This document shows positions 52,405 to 64,000 of a stretch of DNA of 64,000 nucleotides, one piece after another. The position numbers and the translations under genes were made by a program. Source of the stretch: Yuukianura sp. NJ FZ-2021 (taxonomy: Eukaryota); NCBI GenBank assembly GCA_046563655.1, contig CM102288.1:4216001-4280000 (forward strand), read 5' to 3'. Within the stretch, counting starts at the first letter, position 1; each line of letters starts with the position of its first letter. The notes beneath the pieces are model-generated. The model did not search any database and was not told the origin of the DNA. It saw only the letters and a program-made list of their open reading frames with translations.

Positions 52405-52417
52405 AGGTCAATGACCT
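52405..52417. promoter_or_regulatory. Perfect IR1 nuclear-receptor element (ecdysone response element consensus)
   Basis: AGGTCA-A-TGACCT, about 20 nt upstream of a GTGAGT splice donor at 52438. Confidence 0.5.
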
Positions 52418-54781
52418 TTGAAGAAAATCAGAAACTCGTGAGTGAACTTTCTCTTTTTACTTTTTTAATGAAAAAGAAAACAGTTAACGTTTTTTGTTCC
52501 AAAATCGATTGCTGAACGTTTGATTTTTCGAAACGATTTTGGCGGGAATTTAGGCTCCATAAGTTTAACCTGTATAGGAGTAAAGACCGAATCGTTTTTT
52601 AATCGTTTCTTGGTTTAATTTGAAACTTAAAGCTAAGTATTATGTGTGTGGATTTAAAATCTTAGTTTTCATATGGACCATAAGTAAAGTACACGGAAAA
52701 GTTTTGGATCGATTTGAGTTCAAGTGAGTTCAAGGCCTTTTGAGGGCATTGATTCCACTACTTTACCAAGCAAAGAGAGAGAGTGAGTTTGAGTTCATGA
52801 GTTTGTTCCTCCCAACTTATACTTTGAAGAGTTTACAGTTCATAGTAAAAATCAAAAGGGAAAAATACATTTCTTTGAAACCTAAAATTAGTCACTATGT
52901 TTTAGGACTAACTTCGGTTTAAGTCATTAGTCCCAACGCTCAAGGTTTGCTAAAACCTAATGACAACGTCCTCTTTTCTGCTATAGTCCAAACTTTAAAA
53001 GTTTGTTATGCTTTTGGAGTCTATTGTCCTCTTTGGATTTTTATCTTTTGTTTGTGGCAGAAGAGAGAGATGGGCCAAGAGAGTTCATTGCTTTGTGTCC
53101 TGGCTCAGAGCAGGCGCCGAACCACAAGATTCGCACTTTTGGCGAACTGAAAATGTGCAAAAGAGGAGAAAGATCCCGGTGCGAAGCGGGGGGCTCCGGG
53201 ATCGAGTCAAGGTGAATGACCGACCTGGATTCTCCACCTAAATGCTACACGGGTTCAACATCACTTTTACCGTACTCGTTCTCGTTTTATGCTCAATTTA
53301 GTCATGGAGGTTTAATGTTGGATAGGACAGGAAGGAATTGGGACAATAAGGAAGCGAATGGAATCACAGGAAAGGACATTGACTCCAGTTCAAGCACTTC
53401 TTTTTCGGCTCAGTACAAATGAAACCGGAAGTTTAATTTTCAAAATTAGAAAAGTTCAAATCCCTTCTTTTTTCAAAATGATCTCACTTTCGGAAATTGG
53501 AAACTTTTTAAACTTTATTTCCCAGCTTAATGACTTTCTTCCACTTTACTTTTTCCGCACAATCAACAAAAGTGAAGAGTTGATGACTTCAGGTCAACAT
53601 TTTTTTTAACTAAAACTTGATTTACAATGTGACCCTAAGCCTTTTTTCCATTTACGATTTTCAACTCGTGCAAAGTAAGAAAAAACACGTTTGAGGCGTA
53701 GGGTCACTTGCACTTTTCAAAGTGCCTTAAGTTCGAACCCCACACACTTCGAAAGTGAAAACTTGTTCAATTTAAGTTAGTACGGATTCCCTATTGGAAA
53801 AATTGGCACTTTGACAGAACTTGGTCATGTCAAGGAGCGTCTTTTAAAGGAGCCACGGGATCAGAAGAGGTCAAAAAGTATGTTTTGAGTTCAAAAACTC
53901 AATTAGTTCTTTAAGTTTCAGAAACTCTCCAAAGTGTAAATTTTCCAACTTAAAAACTGTAGTACAAAGGTTTAAACATTTTGTCGAAATTATTGTTGGA
54001 AAAAGTCAGGCTATGGGGAGGCATGAGGTACCTTTAAAAAATACTATGAGGGGGTAAGGGGTGCGTGAAAGTGTGAAATTGGGCTCATGAAAATAAAACC
54101 AAACATATCCCCACCCTTAATTTTGTATTGTGAGGCTCTTTTTTCAAATGTTGATTGTTGGGGGCGGTGTGATTTATTTGGGCCAGGAGAGCAGTAAATT
54201 ACTGTATGAGGGGGTAGGACATGATGAGAACTTTTGAAAAAATGGAAAGTTAAATTGAATTATAAGGGGAAATGAAAATGAGAGTTTGAAAGATGAAGAT
54301 GATTAATGAATTTAAAATTTCCCGCAATGGAAAAAAATTACTAAAGTGACTACCGGTGACCTCTTTCCCTCCCCATGGTCCTCTTCATTTAAAAAAGAAA
54401 AGAGACTCAAGGACATTAATTTAGACTTTGTATGCGCTGGATTCTTGACCTTCTTCCCTACTAAAAAAATTCACTTCCTGCTTCGAAAATTTAAAATTTT
54501 TAAAACTTAAAATTATAAAATTAAAAATTTAACTTTAAGGACGTGTGTTATGCGTCTAATAAACAACAATCGTTAAATTTAGTAACCACGATAACGGAGC
54601 TTGTGCAGTTAGTAAAACATGCAGACATCGACAAAAAGAAACACCCTTAGTGAGTGGTGAAAAAGGATCAGTGGAAAGATGATCAAAAAAAGTATGCACT
54701 TTCAAACAAACAAACTACTGACACAAGTTCGGTTGCCGTCGTCTGGGTTTTAAAATAACTTTTCTGAGACCGCGACATTGA

Positions 54782-55067
54782 AATTGAAAAATGGTCTGGA
54801 TCAGCGTAGGAAGGTTGTACAATGACCCACAATATATCAAACTTTAGGAAAAGACTTGATCTAGTACCCTGTCGGAGCAAATTACAAAATTTTAGTTCTA
54901 ACTGTGAAAAAAATTGACGCATACATTCCTCCTCCATATTTACATAGATAGAACTAAAATTTTGTAATTTGCTCCGACAGGGTACTAGATCAAGTCTTTT
55001 CCTAAAGTTTGATATATTGTGGGTCATTGTACGACCTTCCTACACTGATCCAGACCATTTTTCAATT
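54782..55067. repeat. Long inverted repeat (119-bp arms, 48-bp spacer)
   Basis: 54782-54900 is the reverse complement of 54949-55067 with 2 mismatches. Confidence 0.95.
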
Positions 55068-57186
55068 CATGAGTTACAGCCGCATTTTGACCCCCAGTTT
55101 CCAGGGTAGTCGCACACCTTAAATAGTTTCTATTAGAGAGTTTGCGCTAAGTAGTTACAAATTAGGGTTTGAAGAACCAAGGTACCTAAAAAAAAAACTA
55201 ATAGACTTTTTCTCCTTTATTCCTAAAAATCCGAATGACACCCTAACCTAACTGTGAATTTGACATTGTGCATTTGTTTTGTGTGAGTTGACCTGTTGAC
55301 CTCTTAGTGTCTAGCTTGTGACTGATTTGGCGTGACTGTTTACCTTTAAATTTTCCCTCTATTTTAAGGCCTTATGTGATACTTTCCAAGTCTAATTGGG
55401 ATGTGGACTAGGTTTCTAGAGCACCAAAGTCATCCTTCGCACTCTCTCACTCCCCACCTCCGTCCAACAATGTACCTAATAACAATGACTCGTGCCACAT
55501 CCAAATCATAACAATCACACCAATTACACTTAAGTTAACACGAATCGATCTAATTGTTAAACTGCAATTAATCCTAACAATAATCCAATATCTTTCTATT
55601 GACAAATGAGGATCCAATCCGTGACCCCCTTAACTCACTCGCCGCAAACTCCCTAAAGTAAAGATTTCAAAAACTTTCAAGATTTGATTAAAACTTTGTT
55701 GAAATTGAAAAGTTGGTGAAATTTTGGTTAAAAGTAGAGTTGGAGGGTGTGTGACCCTGAAATTATCCGATGATTGTGTGTGTGCGAATTTTGCAATTCG
55801 CAGATTTCAGAATTCTCTTCTATCCTCTAATGATAATAGGTGAGCTTGGTTTTCTACTTTTTTGCAATGACGTTTATTTTTTGCAATAAGTTGACATTGG
55901 CCTTGGAAAAAAGTAGGGAGAGAGAGAGTGAAGGAGGGAAGTGGGATACATAAGTGATTTGTGTGAATTTGCGAATTTGTTTTAATTTTTGCAAAAGTGA
56001 CTTCACCTGCTCGTGTCGTGTATTTTAATGTAGAATGTTTCGGAGTGACGTTAAGTAATGATTGGAGAATGACCCTGAGAAACTCCGTTGATCGCTTTTT
56101 TATCTAAGCTCTTTTTGGGGAAAAAATTGGCAAATTTGGATTTAGTCCATTTTTTGCACTGGAACGTGTCGGAAGCACCAAAAATTTCATTTGCAAAAAA
56201 CGTTGACCGTTGACCGCGTCCTCTCCAAAAAGTAATTTTAAAAAAGTTCCAGGAGAAAGAGACCACAAAAGACCTTGAGACTCGGCATTTTTTGCACAAC
56301 TTTTCATTTTGCCAAGTTTCGCGAATTTGATCCAAAAAAAATTGTCTGAAGCTTCTCTTTCCATCAACCCACGCTTTGGTTTTGGCGAATCAATTTTTTG
56401 GCGGGTAAGGTTGAAGGCCTTTTACTCTGCATTTTTGCAAACATTTTTTTGCAAACAAGTTGACCTTGCTACCCTCTTTTCTCTTCACGATTCTGTCTAG
56501 TACATGCGAATTCTTAGTAACAGCAGTCTCGTCGAATGGACTTGAAATAGACAAGCGCCAAGCACTACTATTAGTGCAAATTTGCGAAAATTTTCTCTTT
56601 GCACGAGACCTTGGGTTTTGCACTTTCCTGGCTTTGAAGTGCCAAACGACCAGTCTTTGGGGCCTCTTTTCTGCAACTTTTTCGCAATTTGATTCGGAGA
56701 GGACATTGACTCACTTTGTGGCCTTCAAACTCAAAATCCCTTTTTATCACAATTCAGGAGACCAACGTTACATTTTGGCATGGACGAGACGATAAAAAGA
56801 TTTTTTTTTGCACATTTTGGCAAGCTACACAGGAAGGTTAAAGCGATTTGGAAAATTATTGTCGCTTTTAGCCTCAAAATTTTTCCGTATCTTTTAATTT
56901 ACTTGCAGCCAAGTAGCATGTTGAAAAAGAATAAATTGACAATCGATTTTTAACTTATGCAAATTTCAATTTCAAAAACGCTAACATTTTTTGGAAATCA
57001 AATACAAAATTTTGAAATAACTGAAAAATCATGAACTTTTGTTTCATTTTCAGGTTTCGGTGAAGTATGCAAGTGAATGCCTTTGACGCCAAGGAGAAAT
57101 ACCGATAGAGACAAGAGCTAAAAATCCCGGGAGAATTTGTTGACCTGTGACCTTTTGACCTCTGAATTTTTGTTGTATCAAGTACA

Positions 57187-58598
57187 ATGGATTTGGAACC
57201 GAGTGAAGAATTCCCCATTTTGTTTGGCTTGCTAACAGAACGGAAGAAGGGGACGGTGCGGACACCTATTCGAGCTTTTCAGAACCCGTTTAGGCGCCCA
57301 ATTGCTCTTTTGGCACAAAATATTGCTGAACCGGATAGCTCAACATCGGAGGACTCCGGACAAGACAAAGTTGACGTTCCTAAACATGGAGTTGAGGGCA
57401 ATGACCCAGGTCAAGGTCAATCTCCACTACTCATTCTTCGTCTTAGCTCTACAGAAACGAATCGTCGATACTCAAGAAACAGGAGACAAACCAGTTGTGG
57501 GTCACATGAATTTCAAGTGCTCCAAAGAAGGCCACCACCGATTCGAAATTGTTCCTCCAAGGTAAGGTGTTCGGTATCGGTTAGAACTAGAAGATAACTA
57601 AATAGTTAAATATAAACATTATTTAAAGTTCTCTTACAATTGAATGTTATGGTTAACATTGTTAATTTGTTTAATTGTAGGTGATCTCGGAAGACGATGA
57701 TTGTGCTCCTTCCTCCACAACATCTGATGCTGAGGAAGTTCCATCAAAGCGGTCACGCTCCACTTCTGCAACACTGCCAAGTACAAGGACCAGTAATGGT
57801 GAATTGCCACATTTCGAATCAATGGTCTCAACCACGTCATCTTTCACAGTCTCTCGACCTGTAACCCCTCCGCCGCCAAATGGATCAGGTCAAGAAGACA
57901 ATGGTGCTCAAGGAGACGACTCAAACAATAATAGCAGCGGCAGTTCGTCGTCGTCAGTATTCTACTCTCCAGAGGCACGATACAATTGCAACTACTGTGA
58001 TCTCAAGTTTAAGCGACAGTTTCATCTCCTCCGGCACGTCGCCAGTCACGAAGAGAAACGAGAAGTTTGTTGTCACTGCAATACTGCTTTTTATAGAAAA
58101 GATAACCTACTTGTACATCAATCCAAGTGTCAACAACGACTAGGAGAACAAGGTCAAAGGCCACTGAGACCCAAACCGACGTTTAGAGCCGCTAGACCGC
58201 CGCCTCGAACTCTAGCGGATCTTCTAGATCGGGATTACGATGGCGGGCGCGCGGAGTGTGACGATAACCTGCTTGGTGGAAACAGCAACAGTCTCATTCA
58301 TCTGCCCAGTGGACTCGAAATTAGTGAAGTTCCGAATGAAACGGAAGGTCAACTGCCAAATAATCCAAATGTACTGCCGAACCGACGTCGAAAAGTTGTT
58401 GAAGAACCGGAAGTTTTAGTTGAGTCGGAAGAAGAAGAGCCGACTGAAGACAATGTCGTTGAAATTTTTCCTTGCGGTCACTGCCGAGAAGTTTTTGAAA
58501 CTTTTAGTCGTCTTTTGAAACACACTGCCTCAAGGCATATCAAAAATCCTACCGATGGTACTTTCCATTTTGAAATTGAAACGGTACTGGATGAGTAA
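57187..58598 (+). CDS. Zinc-finger protein (two C2H2 plus one C2HC finger)
   Basis: Exons 57187-57561 and 57681-58598 join in phase 0; fingers CNYCDLKFKRQFHLLRHVASH, CCHCNTAFYRKDNLLVHQSKC and CGHCREVFETFSRLLKHTASRH. Confidence 0.8.
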
Positions 58599-61500
58599 AA
58601 TTTTGATTTTGTTTAAAATTTTAGTTGTAGAGGGCAAGAAAACAATATTGATTTGAAACGTTTTTTTTCGTTTGTTAGTGAATTGTGATTGAAAAAGAAA
58701 TCAAGGTTTGAAGAATAGACTTAAATTCTTGGTAACTTGATTTGTGATATCGTTTTTACTTAAAAAAAATCAATATGTATCTGTGTAATTAATAACGTCA
58801 AGTAATTAGGTTAATATTAGGAACACGAATTCAGTTAGTAGGTTCGCTTTATAATTTATGCTAAAAGTTAAATTCGTGCATAAACTTTCAACATTTGACG
58901 AAAGTTGTAATGAATTGTAATAAGTTTTATACAGTAATGTTTAGAATTAATTAAGTAATGGTTAATTAGTTAAAGACAAGATGTTTAGAAGGGCTTCCCA
59001 CCTTGTTTATAAATTGTTAATTACCGTTAAACAATTCACCACCGACTTTTCGTTTGATCGTTAAGAAATTGTGCATATTATTTTTCTAATTTTTACCAAA
59101 AATATTTTTCATTTTACAAGTTTTAGGTTTTTAGCAAAAATAGGATTAAACTCGCCTGTAAATTTTCGTTTGTTTGGTGAAAACTTAATTTGGAATTTAG
59201 TTGAATTAAGTTAATTTTGTTTTCAAATTTTCTGCTGGACAGACGATTATTGTAATACCCTACCTTGATATTGAAGTTAGTTAATAATTAATTTTAGATT
59301 TATTTAGGATTAGTTAAGTTAAAAGTACACTGTGGTGAATGTTTGTTACTCAACTACTACAACGCTATATGAAGGAATCAAGAAATCGGGAATTCTCTGC
59401 AGTAATCGGTTTGTACTGGACTTGGAGCTTACTGGATTACTTCAACTTGCACAGGTAAAGGAATATTTTTGAATTTAAATGTAATTTTTAAATAGAGTGA
59501 TGAAAAAAGGCCGAGTTTGAGCTTTTCTGTTAACCTTCTTGACCTCTGGCCGCAAATAACCCAGTTTTCCTGGACTTTGTGACCAGAGCGATTGTTGGTC
59601 AGATTTGAAATGATTATTTGCGAAATGCGAATCCTGACTTTTGAAAAAATGAAGAGGAATTAGCTACCGGTTAATTAAATTTTAGGATGGGAAATGCTAA
59701 TTTTTTATTTCTGTTTTCAGTTTCTTCTTACTCGTTCTCTTCAGCACGGGCAGATTCGTCCATCATCTCATCAAAATGCTCCAAAGTGCAAGAGTTCAAC
59801 TGCTTGAAGATGTCGCTGATCAGCGATCAGTACTCACTGCTGCAGGTATAATCATTTCAATATGAAATTGAGTACCCTAAAGTAATTAAAGTAACGAATT
59901 GCTTGAATTACTTTTGGGTTAGTTAATTATGCTTAAGCAATTGATTAGAACCGAGAAGGTTGACTGGAAGGAAGTTGCTGGAAAGGCCATGCTGTACAGT
60001 AGGACGCCATTTATATTTTGGATGTTATTATTTTATTTTTTTCATTTCATTAATATTTTTAATAGTTTAAATCAGTATTTTGTAACTTCTGATAATCCAT
60101 AATCCAAAATGTGTTTCGGTGACCACTATCCAGCTTGACTGTCCAGCAAAACCAGAATGACAATTTTGATCTTATCTGATGCACACATCCAATGTTTTCT
60201 TCGAACTTAAACATTTGCTGATGATTTTTTACAGTTTTTTTAAGTTTATTCCTATAATTTCAGAAGGAGAACAGAGAGCAGTGGCGCTTTAATCGGCCGA
60301 ACAAACTGAAAAGACGCGATTCAGAAATATCACTGACCAGAATCACATACCATTTGAATTTGAATTTAACGCATGCAGTGCTAATGCTGTGTATTTGATT
60401 AGGTTTTGTGAAGCTATCAAATGTTGTGCTTGTGTTAAAGCTTTAACGTTAACTTTGTTGTGTAATTTAAACCTTAGTTATTATGTTCGCAATTAGTCTT
60501 AAATTGTGGTCTTAAAAATAATGTAATTAATGTAGTGTTAATATAATCTAAATTATGAAAAGTAATAAACTCGAAATCGTTCCAATACTTTTTTGAAGAG
60601 TTCATGAACTTTGACCTGGTTCGAATAACTGTGGACCAACAGCGTCCTATTTTGTAAGGCGCGAATTTCATAAAGTAAACAATCCCAGATGATCGACGAC
60701 GAGAAGACGGACACGCAGCTGGCTGAGACAAGAGAGAGAAGGAGACGGGGGATCGGTCATTTAATTTGTCAATTAGTAATTGAGATTTACATACCTATTG
60801 GTTTCAGTTGTATTCTAACTGCTAGGAGCGATATACTGGCTCTGGGACATCGGTGTTCTGTGTCGCTAAACAAAATCGGACTACCGGACACGGGTAATGT
60901 TCTAATTTTGAGCTAAAATTTACAAAATTGTTTTGAATTAAGTTTTGAAGTAATAGCAATGAATGATTATCAATCTAATGAAATCGAACGATGACACCTC
61001 AAATGGGTTTTCGATGGACGCAGCTGCTGGCAGATTAGAGTAAGCAGTGATGTGACCTCTTAGATCCACTTGTCACTGCATGGGTCATTTGAATGTCGAA
61101 AAAGTTGCGATCTGACATTTGCCTTAACACTTCCATTTTTGAGGAGTGAATGGCACTTAAAGCGTGGGAATATCAATTAATCTTGTGTCTTTTGTTTTGT
61201 CTATCTGTCAGGGTAAAGTTGAAGCGGAAACAATGCAATCTCTGGTTGAAAAGTGATGTAGGAACTTTCATCTTCGTCAAAATCAGCATCCTCATCACTC
61301 AGGGATTGATCAAAAATGAAGATCGGATCTCGGGTGTGTACAATTTTTATGAATGATTGTGGGTCCAGACTCCAGAGTGAGTGCAATTATGTGGTCAACA
61401 GGGTGGAGTTGGTTTTTGGTGAAATTACCAGGGTGGAAATCTGATCTGATTATTTCTCATATTTCTATTGTTTGATTAGGGTTCATCGGTTCACTCTACT

Positions 61501-61894
61501 TCATGCTGAATCTGATGAGACCTGCTGTGGAAGGAAGTAATGACGGGTTCTGAGTCTCTGACTTTCTGCATTGTTGGTAGAGACAACAATGGAATACACA
61601 ATTGAAATGGATATAAAGCATATCAAAGGCACGCGTGACTCTGCACAACTACTACCACCAAGAATGTGATGATATTGAAGAACACAGAGGCCCCGAGGCT
61701 TCCTATGCCTACAAAAAATGAAAGTGGGTACGAAAAAGTAATTTTTATATGGATATCGCAGTCTAAATCTTCCATTTGTTTGGTTTCTTCCTAGTTTCAC
61801 AGTTTTTAATTGTTTTCGTGCCAGTCGATGACTTGAATTCAGCGTGGATTGTGCAGTTTTTAGTGTAGCTCTCCTGTGAGATAGCATATGTTTT

Positions 61895-64000
61895 ATGGAA
61901 AGGTGTCCTACTACTAATGGAGGACAAGAACAGGATGTGGATGGGACTCAGTTGTCTGCATCGACACAGGTAATCTTGTAATTGATTTCACTTTGGAAGT
62001 ACTTGTAATTTGACAATGTTAATTTATGTTTTTTCTGAAGATGAGACCCCCATTACATGACGCTGCCTTGTTGGGGGATGAAGGCAAAGTGAAGAGGCTA
62101 ATCGCATCGGGGAGTGATTTGAATGAATTGGATTTTGTAAGATTCGTAATTCTAATTGTAAATTAAAATTAGCAATAATTTCAGTAAAAAGTAAAAGTTT
62201 TGACTAACTTTTAAAAAAATTTCTCCAGGCGGGATGTACCTGTGTTCAGTTGGGGGCTGCTGCAGGTCACCACGACTTGGTTCAACTTCTGGTCGCTGCT
62301 GGAGCTTCAGTTACAAACAAAGATGTATCTGTAAGTTTTATGTTCAAAGCTAATTTAGGTAGTGCTGGCTAATGGACGTCGGATTTTTGTACTTTTTAAG
62401 CACGGGAATACTGCTCTACATGAAGCGTCGTGGAGAGGCTACTCAAAGCTAGTAAAATTTCTTTCAAACCCTCAAACGGTCAATGTACAAAACAAAGGTA
62501 AATTGTGAGGTCAAGTTTTCTGAAATTCCAGCCACTAAAACGTCAACTTTTGAATTTAGGCGGGTTCACACCAGCACATTTAGCAAGTCAAGCTGGCCAT
62601 AACCAATCCATTCGAGAACTGCTTCTTGCCGAAGCGGATCCAAATATTGCCAACACTTATGGCGACACTGCTCTCCACACAGCCGTCCGATACGGTCATG
62701 CGGGTGTTACCCGAATTTTGCTCAGCGCTCGTGCTGTTACAGATATCCGTAACAAGGTAATGAGACAAAGTACTATTTTAATCTACAACCGTTGCTAAAC
62801 GTTCATCTGAATTTTTTTTTTCATGCAGAATGGCGACACACCTCTTCACATTTCTTCTGCGATGGGTAGGAAAAAATTAACCAAAATCCTTCTGTCGGCT
62901 GGATGTCTCCCGCACGTCCAAAATAATCAAAACGAAAGTGCCTTGGATATCAGCATTCGAAAAGGATTTGAAGACGTCACTTCCGTACTTCAAAATCCAC
63001 CCGCCGTCGTTACTCCAATAGAAAGAGATGCAATACGAGCCTCAAAGTACAAATATGGAGCAGGTCCCAGTACTGCAGCGACGGTTACGAATTTAGCAAG
63101 TTCCAACAGAACTGGCAGTGGTGGAAGTCATCACGTCCTAGTCGAAGCCGGTCCACCGACAAGATCCAGTAAACGTTCAAATGAATCAAGTAAAACTGGA
63201 TCGAAGTCTAAAAGTACTTCGAGTATCAACCGTGGACAAGATGTGAGAATGTCAATTTCAAACAATACTGCCGCTGGAATTACGTCAAGCCGAACTACGC
63301 TGCAAGAAGTGCCAAAATGGTCTCCTTATGGATGCCATAACCAACCGAATCCTGGTGCGTTCCCGCCACCCAACATTGATTCTCTTCCGAGTGACCCACT
63401 GAGGACTGGAGAACTTTACTACTTAGACTTGGCTGGAAATATCCATAAGGTAAAGTTAATATAATTTAAAACATATTATTATAATAATTTAAAACACTAT
63501 CACAAAATAATATTAATACTTTAAACCGTAGCACTACGTCCTAGTTGTAAAATTGGAATGGGGTATGTAAAAAGTTGCTTCTTGGCAAAGTGGTATTGTT
63601 CCCGGCGTGTCTTTTACGAGACGCGGGTTCGAATCTCGCACGAGTTTCTGCTGATGATTACAATTTGCGGCTGATTATGGTTGATGAAACTTCAAGCCTG
63701 CTAAAAATTTCTTGTGTCTGAAGAAACTCGTGTTCGATTTTTATATTTACTTTTAAAAATCCAAATTTTAATAACCGTTTCTAAAAATTACTTTCTTGAA
63801 ATCTATTTTGGTTTTCAGGGTCCGATGGGCGTTTCCGAAGGATGCTACTGTGGCCCCACTGTACTTTTGAGTCAAGCCAGAAGTAGTCAGTCGTTGATGG
63901 GCCTGGATGGACCAGCACTGCAAGTATTTGAGGTCAAAGGTCAAGATGAAAGTAGTGTTGATAAACGAATGAACAAGAGGAGTCAACGGAATAGAGTGAG
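61895..64000 (+). CDS. ANKRD6: Ankyrin repeat domain protein 6 (Diversin/Diego-like), 3' incomplete
   Basis: Ankyrin repeats HGNTALHEASWRGYS, GFTPAHLASQAGHNQSIRELL, YGDTALHTAVRYGHAGVTRILL and NGDTPLHISSAMGRKKLTKILL, followed by GELYYLDLAGNIHKGP...CYC. Confidence 0.85.
63576..63647 (+). pseudogene. tRNA-like relic (pseudo-tRNA or tRNA-derived SINE head) in an ANKRD6 intron
   Basis: A box TGGCAAAGTGG, D stem GCAA/TTGT, T arm GCGGG-TTCGAAT-CTCGC; acceptor and anticodon stems do not pair properly. Confidence 0.6.

Noticed and set aside
53694..53760. GTTCGAACCCC B-box-like sequence
   Set aside because: No A box or cloverleaf at proper spacing.
54683..55027. 114-aa ORF spanning the inverted repeat
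   Set aside because: A by-product of the palindrome; no transposase or other recognisable motif.
54536..55122. TTAA-flanked (Kolobok/piggyBac-like) element enclosing the hairpin
   Set aside because: TTAAGG and CCTTAA are present, but the sequences inside them do not form convincing terminal inverted repeats.
1..64000. CRISPR arrays, rRNA, prokaryotic operons or horizontally transferred genes
   Set aside because: None seen; all recognisable genes are intron-containing animal-type genes.

Overview
Gene-dense window from a eukaryotic genome with short GT-AG introns of about 55-70 nt. The gene content (armadillo, nuf-like, diego-like, lipase-3-like, Cys-rich EB-type protein) points to an arthropod, possibly a basal hexapod or crustacean; this is inference. 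I can support 18 spliced protein-coding genes, in order: C7orf25/UPF0415-like (+), short TTC12-like TPR protein (-), uricase (+), Cys-rich secreted/anchored protein (+), axonemal dynein light chain 1 (-), unknown signal-peptide protein (-), NFS1 (-), AURKAIP1/mS38 (+), acid lipase (+), armadillo/beta-catenin (-), RpL27 (+), BAIAP3/Munc13-4-like (-), Nup153 (-), ERCC6/CSB (-), Rab11-FIP3/4 nuf-like (-), MPV17-like (+), a C2H2 zinc-finger protein (+) and ANKRD6/diego-like (+, runs off the window). Main unexplained signals: (1) the head-to-head, unrelated mitochondrial genes NFS1 and mS38 begin with the same N-terminal peptide, conserved in protein but heavily diverged at synonymous sites; (2) perfect nuclear-receptor DR1 motifs (AGGTCAnAGGTCA) are strongly enriched, and some form splice donors; (3) a near-perfect inverted repeat with 119-bp arms; (4) a nested GTAC-palindrome cluster; (5) a perfect IR1 (EcRE consensus); (6) a tRNA-like relic in an intron. 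Gene identities come from recognised motifs only, and no searches were run. Multi-exon genes are given as start-codon-to-stop spans.
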